Source of the DNA: Candidatus Levybacteria bacterium CG2_30_37_29
GTDB taxonomy: Bacteria > Patescibacteriota > Microgenomatia > Levybacterales > GWA1-39-11
Direction of reading: 5' to 3'
Assembly: GCA_001873215.1 (NCBI GenBank)
Contig: MNYS01000008.1
Span: forward strand, 66,657-130,656
Length of the DNA: 64,000 nucleotides
A model generated the notes under the pieces. It made no database searches, was not told the origin of the DNA, and saw only the letters and a program-made list of their open reading frames with translations. A program made the position numbers and the translations under genes. This document shows positions 51,787-59,555 of this stretch, one piece after another. How positions within the stretch are numbered: position 1 is the first letter of the stretch; each line of letters opens with the position of its first letter.

Positions 51787-52638
51787 TTATCGTAGTGCTG
51801 CTGATGCAGGTGGACCTTTGGGAATTATTGGATTTGCAGCTAACCCAATATTAGCCTTTATAGGAGTAAACTCTTTATCTTTTTTAGGCTGTACAGCAGG
51901 GCGTGATTCATTATTTTTTTGTTTTTTATTTGTTTGTTCTGCTCCAATCATAATCCCAGCCGCATTAATTAGTAAGTTTAGCAATGACAATAATAATCCC
52001 AGTTTTTGCTTTTCAGATGGGGACGCATTTTCCATAGCCAATTTTATTGTTAATTCCAAACCTGGTATTTGCGTCATAGCTTCATTAATCCTGTTTACTA
52101 TTGCAGCTTGTTGATCTTTCAATTGTTGAATTTCTCCGGTTAAGGTATTTACTTCAGCATTTAGAGATTCTATTCCGCTTGCAATCTCACCACTTTCACC
52201 AGTAGCTTCTTCGGTTCCACCAGACTCACTAGTTTCATCGACAACTTGTTTTCCGCCGGTATCTTGTCCGTCCATCTTGTCTGCCTGTGAACTATCAGTA
52301 CCTCCATCTGTTGCTTGCTCTAAAACGGTATCTGTCGCAGACTCATCGGCTTCTCCTTGTTGATCTTGAGAATTTATGGAATCTTCGGCTTCTGCATGAG
52401 ATTGTATGTCCTGCTCGGCATCTGATACCGAACCAGCTTCGCCTCCTACTTCTCCCTCTGCTAATTGTTGGAATGCAGAATCTACTCCTTCTACGTTTTC
52501 TACTTCTTCGATTGTAGAAGCCAAATTATCTGCTGCTGTATCCACAGCCGATTCAACAGCCGGAGCAGCTACACCCCCTACGCCTTCTGCGGCTGTTTCT
52601 ACGACTGCACCCCCAATACCCCCTGCTACTTCACCCAT
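51787..52638 (-). CDS. Acidic low-complexity coiled-coil protein with Leu-rich helix (module protein B1)
   Basis: G/A/E/S-rich N-part, heptad coil, LGLLLSLLNLLINAAG; AAGGAGGT RBS. Confidence 0.8.
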   Translation of the reverse strand: MGEVAGGIGGAVVETAAEGVGGVAAPAVESAVDTAADNLASTIEEVENVEGVDSAFQQLAEGEVGGEAGSVSDAEQDIQSHAEAEDSINSQDQQGEADESATDTVLEQATDGGTDSSQADKMDGQDTGGKQVVDETSESGGTEEATGESGEIASGIESLNAEVNTLTGEIQQLKDQQAAIVNRINEAMTQIPGLELTIKLAMENASPSEKQKLGLLLSLLNLLINAAGIMIGAEQTNKKQKNNESRPAVQPKKDKEFTPIKANIGLAANPIIPKGPPASAALR

Positions 52639-52984
52639 TCGTAATACCTCCTTTTGCTACTTCTATTGCCTTCTCTATATTTCCATTATTTATATGTTCT
52701 GCCATTGCTTGCAATTTTACTTTTGAGTTCATATCTTCTTGCATTGCATGATATTTAACATATACATCTCTTGCTTCGGAATACTTAGACCCGATATTTT
52801 TTAAGATCTCAACTAAATCATTAAAATCTTTAGGAGGAAGGAAGGATAAAAACTCTTTAGCTAATAGTTGCGCCTCATCGGGCTTTAAATTATGTTTTTT
52901 TAAATTTTTAACTATTTCTGCCAATAAATCTTTCTCAACCTGTTGAACAATTTGATCGGTGTTGCTTACTCCAGAATCATCCAT
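52631..52984 (-). CDS. Small helical protein (module protein A1)
   Basis: Paralogue of 50822-51130; overlaps B1 start by 8 nt. Confidence 0.85.
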   Translation of the reverse strand: MDDSGVSNTDQIVQQVEKDLLAEIVKNLKKHNLKPDEAQLLAKEFLSFLPPKDFNDLVEILKNIGSKYSEARDVYVKYHAMQEDMNSKVKLQAMAEHINNGNIEKAIEVAKGGITNG

Positions 52985-53033
52985 AATCTTAGAATATCAT
53001 TATTCTAAATCGCAATGCAAGAGTGGTCAAAAT

Positions 53034-53951
53034 TTAACGGATGGAAGACCCGATAATCTCGGCAATAGATAATACCTCAAGTTTTTTAAAATGTTTTTCT
53101 TTTGGTACCGGAATAGAATCTGTTACAAAGATTTTTTCAGCTTTTAAATTCTGGAGTAATTCTGTTGCATTTTCTGAAAATACAGGATGAGTACCGAAAA
53201 CATACACTTTTTCTGCTTGCCCTGAGCTTTCCGAATGGGCACCGTTTTTTATAAGCGTTTCCACAGCTTGTGCAATCGTTTTTCCCGTTGAGATAATGTC
53301 ATCGATAATAAAACATGTACCTTTTATCTTCCCTTCAAAAGCGGCAACATTAACCTCCCCTGTCTGATAATCCCTGTCTTTATTAATAACAACTTGGTTG
53401 ACTCCACAAAGCATCTCATCGATTAATTTCAAACGTCTAATACCTCCCATATCAGGAGATACAATAGTAATATTTGCATGCTTGGGCTCTATCTCTTTAA
53501 TTTTTGTGGCAAACAAAGAAAGCGCTGACAAATCATGAACCTTAATTGAGAAAAGCTCGGGTATTTTTATACTGTGCGGATCAACAATAATTATTTCATC
53601 AAGACCTGAATCTTGAATCATTTTAATAATAACTTCTAGAGGAACTGCTTCACCTGTACGGAACATGTGGTCTGCGCGCATATACGGAATGTAAGGAATT
53701 ATGCCGATTACGTTGTCTGCTCCATTTTTTTTCAGAGCGTCGACTAAAAAAGTTATCTGCATTATTGCGCTGTCAACAGGAGCGGTGATTGATTTTATTA
53801 AATATATTTTTTCCCCAACAACTCTCTGATTTATTCTTACTCTTTGTTCGCTATCCGGAAAAACATCAACTTCAGGATAAAAAATTTCTACAGCAAGAGC
53901 CTTAGCTATACCCTCTGATAATTCTTTATTGGAGCCATCACCAAAAATCAT
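53034..53951 (-). CDS. prs: Ribose-phosphate pyrophosphokinase
   Basis: FPDSE, PYIPYMRAD, VSPDMGG, IDDIISTGKT, VTDSIP; ATG 53951 with GGAGG RBS. Confidence 0.93.
   Translation of the reverse strand: MIFGDGSNKELSEGIAKALAVEIFYPEVDVFPDSEQRVRINQRVVGEKIYLIKSITAPVDSAIMQITFLVDALKKNGADNVIGIIPYIPYMRADHMFRTGEAVPLEVIIKMIQDSGLDEIIIVDPHSIKIPELFSIKVHDLSALSLFATKIKEIEPKHANITIVSPDMGGIRRLKLIDEMLCGVNQVVINKDRDYQTGEVNVAAFEGKIKGTCFIIDDIISTGKTIAQAVETLIKNGAHSESSGQAEKVYVFGTHPVFSENATELLQNLKAEKIFVTDSIPVPKEKHFKKLEVLSIAEIIGSSIR
53214..53240. repeat. REP-like element copy 3, in frame inside prs
   Basis: TGCTTGCCCTGAGCTTTCCGAATGGGC adds HSESSGQA. Confidence 0.75.
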
Positions 53952-53952
53952 T

Positions 53953-54234
53953 TTATTTACCTCCTCCAAGCAAACTACTAAGTCCTCCTGCTTCCTGCAT
54001 TTTTGCCGCTGCTTTTTTCTGGGCCTTTTCTATAGCATCATTGAGAGCATCTTTTAAATCTCCCATTTCCTCGCCGCTTATTTTTACACTTTTTATTTTC
54101 ATATCACCGGTAATTTTTACATACGCCCGGCCTTTTTCCTCTTCCACCTCAATAAGCTGCAATTCTTTTTGAATACGCATCGCTTCCTGACGTAGCTTAT
54201 TTAAATTCCCAAGTCCTTTTAATGGATTAAACAT
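53953..54234 (-). CDS. ybaB: YbaB/EbfC nucleoid-associated protein
   Basis: AMRIQKEL, VKITGDMKIKSV, DALNDA; downstream of dnaX; AAGGAGGTG RBS. Confidence 0.88.
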   Translation of the reverse strand: MFNPLKGLGNLNKLRQEAMRIQKELQLIEVEEEKGRAYVKITGDMKIKSVKISGEEMGDLKDALNDAIEKAQKKAAAKMQEAGGLSSLLGGGK

Positions 54235-54294
54235 AAATTACACCTCCTTTGTTAGAAACTCTTGACGAATTTTATGAATCCTAGAGTTTCTTAC

Positions 54295-54360
54295 ATCCGC
54301 CAAAGTAAAGTTTCGGCTGCATGGCTGTAAGCCTTGAGACGAACCTGAACGCCGTCGGAC
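54295..54360 (-). ncRNA. Candidate structured RNA between dnaX and ybaB
   Basis: GC-rich irregular rod closed by GTCCG/CGGAT, TATAAT upstream, further hairpin at 54254-54291. Confidence 0.4.
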
Positions 54361-54390
54361 TTTATTATTTACATCTATTATACATTAAAA

Positions 54391-55872
54391 CTACTTCTTC
54401 AATTCAATAATAATTCTTATATCTTTTCTTAATATTTCCCCCGCTCTTTTCTCAATTATTTTCATTATTTTATCTTCGTTTAATTTATCTCTATGAAATT
54501 TATACTTGGCCTCAAGAACAACTTTTTCTTTGTCCAAGCTTACAAGACTACAACCGCGCAAAATTCCAGCAATTGAATGGTTGTCCTTTTTAACACTATC
54601 AAGAAGTGAAAGAAAGAAATTTTGACCGACTGATGTAGGGTTGAAAAGTTCTCCGAATTTTTTGTCATCGGAAATGTCATCTTTTTTTTGAGCTACTACT
54701 TCTTCTTTTTTCTCAACATCTATTTTTTTTTCTTCGTTTTCATTTTTTTCCAAAGTCTCATCCGTATAGCACCATCTCATTATCGCAAGTTCCAAAGGAA
54801 GGCTTGGGATAACAGTATATTTTAGGTGTTTGTATGACTCGGAAAAAAAATCAATAAGTATTTCCAGATCGCGAACATCAAAATTTAGTGTATCTTTATT
54901 TTTTTGAATGCCGGCAGTCGCAAGCAATTGGAGTCTCAATTCTTCAACAATTTTCTCGTTGACAAGCGCCATGTCCGTTCCTTTTTGAAAAAGTTTTTCA
55001 ATTATAATAAGCGCTTCTTTTGCCTTTTTTTGCGCTAAAAAGATTAGAATTTCCCTTGAATCTTTTTCAATGCTATCGGATTTATAAGTCTCCTCCAAAA
55101 GCTCTTTTTTTATTTTTTTACCCGAGGAAACAATTGAAAGATCTTCAAGTATTTTTGACCCGTCCCTAAAAGACCCTTCTGAAAGTTTGTAGATTTCCTC
55201 CAAAACTCCATTTTCAATATCAAGCTTTTCCCCTTTTACAATTCGCCTCAAAGATCTGACTAGTTCCTCTTGCGTTGGTTTTTCAAAAGAAACGTGGAAA
55301 GTACGCGATGCAATTGTTGGCGGAACTTTCCATACTTCAGTTGTACAAAGAATAAATATCGCATGATCCGGAGGCTCTTCAAGAGTTTTGAGAAGCGCGT
55401 TGAATGCATCAGTTGTCAACATGTGCACCTCATCAATTATGTAAATTTTTTTGGAAAGGACTGCCGGTGAAAATTTTATTTTATCGCGGAGCTCTCGTAT
55501 TTCATCAATTCCTCTGTTTGAGGCAGCATCAAGTTCCAGAACATCAACTGCCGAACCGCTTGTTATAGAAACACACGCATCACATTTATTGCAAGGCTCA
55601 ATATTGGAATCATGAATCATGAATTTTGAATCAGGAGTCTGTTCTTTTTGCCGTTTCCCTTGCTTCTTGATTCCTGCTTCTTGATTCTTTTCACAGTTGA
55701 TTGCTTTTGCCAAAATCCGCGCACTTGATGTTTTTCCGAGACCTTTTGGGCCAGTGAATAAAAATGCATGAGGTATTTCCTGATTTTTAAGAATAGCGGT
55801 AAGTTTTGTACGAACAGAATCCAAATCAAGTTCTTCAATTGTCTGAGGACGATATTTGCGATAATACACCAT
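54391..55872 (-). CDS. dnaX: DNA polymerase III subunit gamma/tau
   Basis: YRKYRPQ, GPKGLGKTS, DAASNRG, IIDEVHML, NALLKTLEEPP. Confidence 0.96.
   Translation of the reverse strand: MVYYRKYRPQTIEELDLDSVRTKLTAILKNQEIPHAFLFTGPKGLGKTSSARILAKAINCEKNQEAGIKKQGKRQKEQTPDSKFMIHDSNIEPCNKCDACVSITSGSAVDVLELDAASNRGIDEIRELRDKIKFSPAVLSKKIYIIDEVHMLTTDAFNALLKTLEEPPDHAIFILCTTEVWKVPPTIASRTFHVSFEKPTQEELVRSLRRIVKGEKLDIENGVLEEIYKLSEGSFRDGSKILEDLSIVSSGKKIKKELLEETYKSDSIEKDSREILIFLAQKKAKEALIIIEKLFQKGTDMALVNEKIVEELRLQLLATAGIQKNKDTLNFDVRDLEILIDFFSESYKHLKYTVIPSLPLELAIMRWCYTDETLEKNENEEKKIDVEKKEEVVAQKKDDISDDKKFGELFNPTSVGQNFFLSLLDSVKKDNHSIAGILRGCSLVSLDKEKVVLEAKYKFHRDKLNEDKIMKIIEKRAGEILRKDIRIIIELKK
55607..55689. repeat. 7-mer repeat hairpin in frame inside dnaX
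   Basis: Minus strand GAATCAA/GAAGCAG units then GATTCAT units; insert between INC and EPCNKC. Confidence 0.75.
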
Positions 55873-55874
55873 GA

Positions 55875-55962
55875 GCGTTTAGTTATTAGTACTTAGCGTT
55901 TAGTTATACCTCAAGATTAATAATTAATCAACTAAACCCTAAACCCTATCAGCTAACTTCTA
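55875..55962. repeat. 7-mer repeat hairpin between ybeY and dnaX
   Basis: AGCGTTTAGTTA twice, then CTAAACC CTAAACC CTA. Confidence 0.75.
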
Positions 55963-55964
55963 TT

Positions 55965-56363
55965 TTACAGGTGGTGCTTACCAAGTAAATGTAAAACTCC
56001 GTGTTCTATTAGCTCACAAGCTTTGTCATCAACAAGCATTTTTTCAAACGATGCTTCTTCAATTACTTTTGGATAGGACACAACAACGTCTCCTAAAAAA
56101 AGTGTCGTTGTTGGAGGAAGGGCTTGTCTTTCCCCTTCGGTCTGGGAAAAAGAAAGGACGTTTGTTGTTTTATCAAGTCCGCGGTATTTTTTATTTAACG
56201 ACCGCATTTTTCGATCCCCTACGATTGCAACTGACACTTCTGCCGGTCCACCAGCTCCATTTTTTATAAGCGTGTCTACCACTACTCGCTTTATTCTTTT
56301 TCTGTTGACACGATACCTACTTTCAATAAAGATAGGAACCGATATAGAAGAATTATCTATCAT
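55965..56363 (-). CDS. ybeY: rRNA maturation RNase YbeY
   Basis: LNKKYRG.DKTTNVLSF, LGDVV, HGVLHLLGKHH. Confidence 0.93.
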   Translation of the reverse strand: MIDNSSISVPIFIESRYRVNRKRIKRVVVDTLIKNGAGGPAEVSVAIVGDRKMRSLNKKYRGLDKTTNVLSFSQTEGERQALPPTTTLFLGDVVVSYPKVIEEASFEKMLVDDKACELIEHGVLHLLGKHHL

Positions 56364-56402
56364 TTGAAATTTAAAATTGAAAATTAATAATTTATAATTG
56401 AC

Positions 56403-56597
56403 TTATTGTCTTGTCCATGCTTGCTGTTTTGCAAATTTTCTGGCAAGAACTTTTCTAAATTTTTTAGCAAGAGAAGGCTTTAGGTAAAACTTACGTTTTT
56501 CCATTTCCTGAATTATGCCTTCTGACGCTACTTTGCGTGAAAATTTTCGAATCATTGCGTCTGCTGAATCCCCCGGTTGTTTTTTAACATATACCAT
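56403..56597 (-). CDS. rpsU: 30S ribosomal protein S21
   Basis: MIRKFSRKV..EGII.E..RKFYLKPS; AAGGAGGTG RBS. Confidence 0.88.
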   Translation of the reverse strand: MVYVKKQPGDSADAMIRKFSRKVASEGIIQEMEKRKFYLKPSLAKKFRKVLARKFAKQQAWTRQ

Positions 56598-56700
56598 AAA
56601 TAAAACACCTCCTTAAAGTTTAATAGACTATATTATAGTACAAAAGGCAATGAATGAAAAGCTAAAAGAGCAAGAATGCCTCTAATTTTGCTAGTTTATA

Positions 56701-57969
56701 TCAAAAAAGATAAAGCTTCGGTTTTTGAGGATTAATTTTTTTGATTAATTCGATAATATTATTGTGGTCATCGGTTAAATCTCCGTTTATTATATTAAGC
56801 GCAACGTTTTCAGCTCCCCAAATTCTCAATAGTGACTGTTTACTCATATCCAATACCTCATTCATGCACCTCAAAAGCATAAATCTGAATTCTCGCGCTG
56901 AGCTTCCGGGAGAAAAGTAAGGCTTCCACGCTTCTGCCTGACCTTCTGTAACCTCAATTTTATATCCATATTTTTTAGCATCTTGACGGTTTTTTTTGAG
57001 ATCTTCGTTTCCGGCAAGTCTTGCACGAGTTATTGGATCAATCCATCTTATTATGGGATCATCTGAAAGCTTAGGTTTTTTATAGTAATAATCATACCCA
57101 AAAATCAATTTATCAGTTTCTATTTGACCAGAGATGATAATCTTTTTAAACATAGTGGCAATTTTTCCTATATTGTCCGGGTTTGCGGCGTTAACAAGTA
57201 TTTGAGAGTTTGGAAAAGCTGCATGAATAAGCTCAATATTTGAGATCATATAATTACTTCCCATCACCCATCCGAATTGTCCGGATGATTGATTCGGCTC
57301 GTTATCAGACTGGAAAGCGCCTATTTTTCCGTCATAATTGTTTTTGACGTATTCAAGCTGCTCCATCATCTGTAAAACTCCTTCTTTTGCTATATCCATG
57401 TCAGGAGTAATTCTTTGACCACGCGAAGGAACAGACGAAACGTTTTGCAAAACCGATTGAGGAGGGTGTTCTTCGGGATATCTGAAAGTTTTTAGCGGTC
57501 CTATATTTAAACAAATATTTGCGCCTTTTTCTAAACAATGGTCAACAAAAGGCTTGTAAAAAGAAAAATTAAAGTTGCCCTTGCTGTCTACCGCGTTTGA
57601 CCATCTTATTCCGAATCTTATATCTGTTATTCCAAGGTCATCAATTATAACATCCAGTGCCTTAAATACATTTTCGTATTCGCTTATCTTATCCGGCCCG
57701 ATATTTTGAGGATTAATACCAAATTCTTCCGGAGAAAATGAGCAGCCTAGTTTTAGATTTTTAAGCTTATTCCTGTTTTCAGTCAAAAATTTCTCGTTTG
57801 ATTTGTCTGAATTTTTCCAATCGCTCCATTGGTCAATTACTGCAGTCCATCTGCTTCTTTCTATTCCTGCGGCAGCAGCAAATACTCCTCCTGTAGTAAG
57901 CGCAGATCCGGTAAGCAATTTTCTTCTGGATAATTTTGTATTGAGGATTCTATTTTCAAGATTAGGCAT
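56701..57969 (-). CDS. Clan GH-A glycoside hydrolase-like protein with twin-arginine-like N-terminus
   Basis: SRRKLL, LGCSFS, FQSDNEP, VTEGQAEAW, WGAE. Confidence 0.65.
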   Translation of the reverse strand: MPNLENRILNTKLSRRKLLTGSALTTGGVFAAAAGIERSRWTAVIDQWSDWKNSDKSNEKFLTENRNKLKNLKLGCSFSPEEFGINPQNIGPDKISEYENVFKALDVIIDDLGITDIRFGIRWSNAVDSKGNFNFSFYKPFVDHCLEKGANICLNIGPLKTFRYPEEHPPQSVLQNVSSVPSRGQRITPDMDIAKEGVLQMMEQLEYVKNNYDGKIGAFQSDNEPNQSSGQFGWVMGSNYMISNIELIHAAFPNSQILVNAANPDNIGKIATMFKKIIISGQIETDKLIFGYDYYYKKPKLSDDPIIRWIDPITRARLAGNEDLKKNRQDAKKYGYKIEVTEGQAEAWKPYFSPGSSAREFRFMLLRCMNEVLDMSKQSLLRIWGAENVALNIINGDLTDDHNNIIELIKKINPQKPKLYLF

Positions 57970-58004
57970 TTTAAATATGAATAACTTATTTATTCACTAT
58001 TATA

Positions 58005-58328
58005 TTATTTTCTTGCTCTGGTGGGACCAAAAAGATGAAAATGAAGATGGTCTATCTCCTGAGATCCTCCTCCATTAACCTCTATTTTATATCCTTTTCC
58101 CATTAGCCCTGTTTTTTCAATTAATTTGTGAATTGCTAAGGTTATTGCCATATGCGTTTTTGGGTCTTTTGCATTAAAAAAATCATCTATATGCTCTTTT
58201 GGAACAATCAGAAGATGGATTGGTGCTGCTGGATTTATATTATCAAAAGCTACGACAGAATCATCTTCGTATTTAAAATCTTTCGGAATTTCACCTTTTA
58301 CAATTTTGCAAAATATACAATTATCCAT
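58005..58328 (-). CDS. HIT family nucleotide-binding protein
   Basis: CIFCKIVKGEIP, HLLIVPK, HLHFH. Confidence 0.95.
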   Translation of the reverse strand: MDNCIFCKIVKGEIPKDFKYEDDSVVAFDNINPAAPIHLLIVPKEHIDDFFNAKDPKTHMAITLAIHKLIEKTGLMGKGYKIEVNGGGSQEIDHLHFHLFGPTRARK

Positions 58329-58331
58329 TTT

Positions 58332-58922
58332 TTACCATCTGGGCGGAAAGTAACCATTCTCTGCTATTTTTTTTCCTTTACTTTTTTTACCTACAGTAGT
58401 TCCTTTATCTTTTCCAATATACAGTTTATCATGTAGCATTTTCCTTTGTTTTTCTATAATTCTTTTTATCAAATTCTTTTGAGGTGTTGGATTTAATTCT
58501 TTTTCCTTATTTTTTCTTGAATCATCAACTTTATCTCTTATCTTTTGTGTTATTTTCTTAATTTGCCGCAATTCTAATTTAGAAGGATTTTCAAGTGAAT
58601 CTTTCAAACTTAAGAGATAATCTACTTCTCCTTGATTAAGAGTTGTACCGGCTTCACCGTTAACAGGCCATTTCCCGTAAGCTGACTTCAACAACTTAAG
58701 ATAAAGTCTTTCAACGTCAAATCCGTCAACAATTGGCGATCCAGAATCATGAATAAGCCTATTCTTATGTCTTTTTAAAACAATAGCCACGTGCTCAATC
58801 GAAATGCGAGGCATACTAATTTGATAAGAAGGAAGAATTTCTTCGCCAAAATGTTCCCGCGCAACAAAACTTGCCGCGTATTCTGCAAGTGGATTAACAT
58901 TATCACCCTCAGGTCTTGTCAT
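58332..58922 (-). CDS. Hypothetical protein
   Basis: About 196 aa ORF, ATG 58922 preferred over TTG. Confidence 0.7.
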   Translation of the reverse strand: MTRPEGDNVNPLAEYAASFVAREHFGEEILPSYQISMPRISIEHVAIVLKRHKNRLIHDSGSPIVDGFDVERLYLKLLKSAYGKWPVNGEAGTTLNQGEVDYLLSLKDSLENPSKLELRQIKKITQKIRDKVDDSRKNKEKELNPTPQKNLIKRIIEKQRKMLHDKLYIGKDKGTTVGKKSKGKKIAENGYFPPRW

Positions 58923-59043
58923 ATTATCCAAACCTTTCTGCGCAAATAATAATATGTACTTTACTACTTTCCAATTCCTAATTCAATAATTCCGCTTATT
59001 AGAGAATAATTACACGATTACACGATTGCGGATAATAAACAAG

Positions 59044-59526
59044 CTATTGCTTTCTTCTCAATAACCGACCGAGCAAGCCAGGCTTCCCTGACGGAATCGG
59101 ATCTTGATCTTGAGTTATATTTTTTCTTATTGATCCCCCGCCAAACCTTGTGAGAACATTCTCTAGTGTTCCAAGTTGAGAAAAACACTCACGAACATCA
59201 TCGCTATCAAACTCAATTTTTCTTTCCTCGCAATAAGTTTTTAGCATTCCCCTAATTAATTTAATTCTTGATTCTCCGATATAGACATTTCCTCCATTTT
59301 TTCTTGTTGCTGCTGCATTTAATTCACCAACTAAAGAATCAAAGGGGTTTTCCGGATCGTTTTGTACGCTAGTTCTTTTCTTTTTTAATTCATGTCTCAT
59401 AAGCATATTAACAAGAGCGGCACCGGACATTGCTTCTTCTTGAGTAAAAGGAGCCGGAAAAATTGGGGTTTTTGCTTTTCTGTCTTCAGAAATAGCACAC
59501 TGGCGTAAATCAAATTCGTGCGTCAT
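59044..59526 (-). CDS. Hypothetical protein
   Basis: 160 aa ORF ending GLLGRLLRRKQ. Confidence 0.75.
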   Translation of the reverse strand: MTHEFDLRQCAISEDRKAKTPIFPAPFTQEEAMSGAALVNMLMRHELKKKRTSVQNDPENPFDSLVGELNAAATRKNGGNVYIGESRIKLIRGMLKTYCEERKIEFDSDDVRECFSQLGTLENVLTRFGGGSIRKNITQDQDPIPSGKPGLLGRLLRRKQ

Positions 59527-59555
59527 ATTATCTACCTATCTGAAAGAAGGAAGCG

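Noticed and set aside
54295-54360. SRP RNA (often near dnaX) or a known riboswitch
   Set aside because: Lacks the SRP domain IV motif, and I could not match any riboswitch consensus; kept only as an unknown RNA candidate
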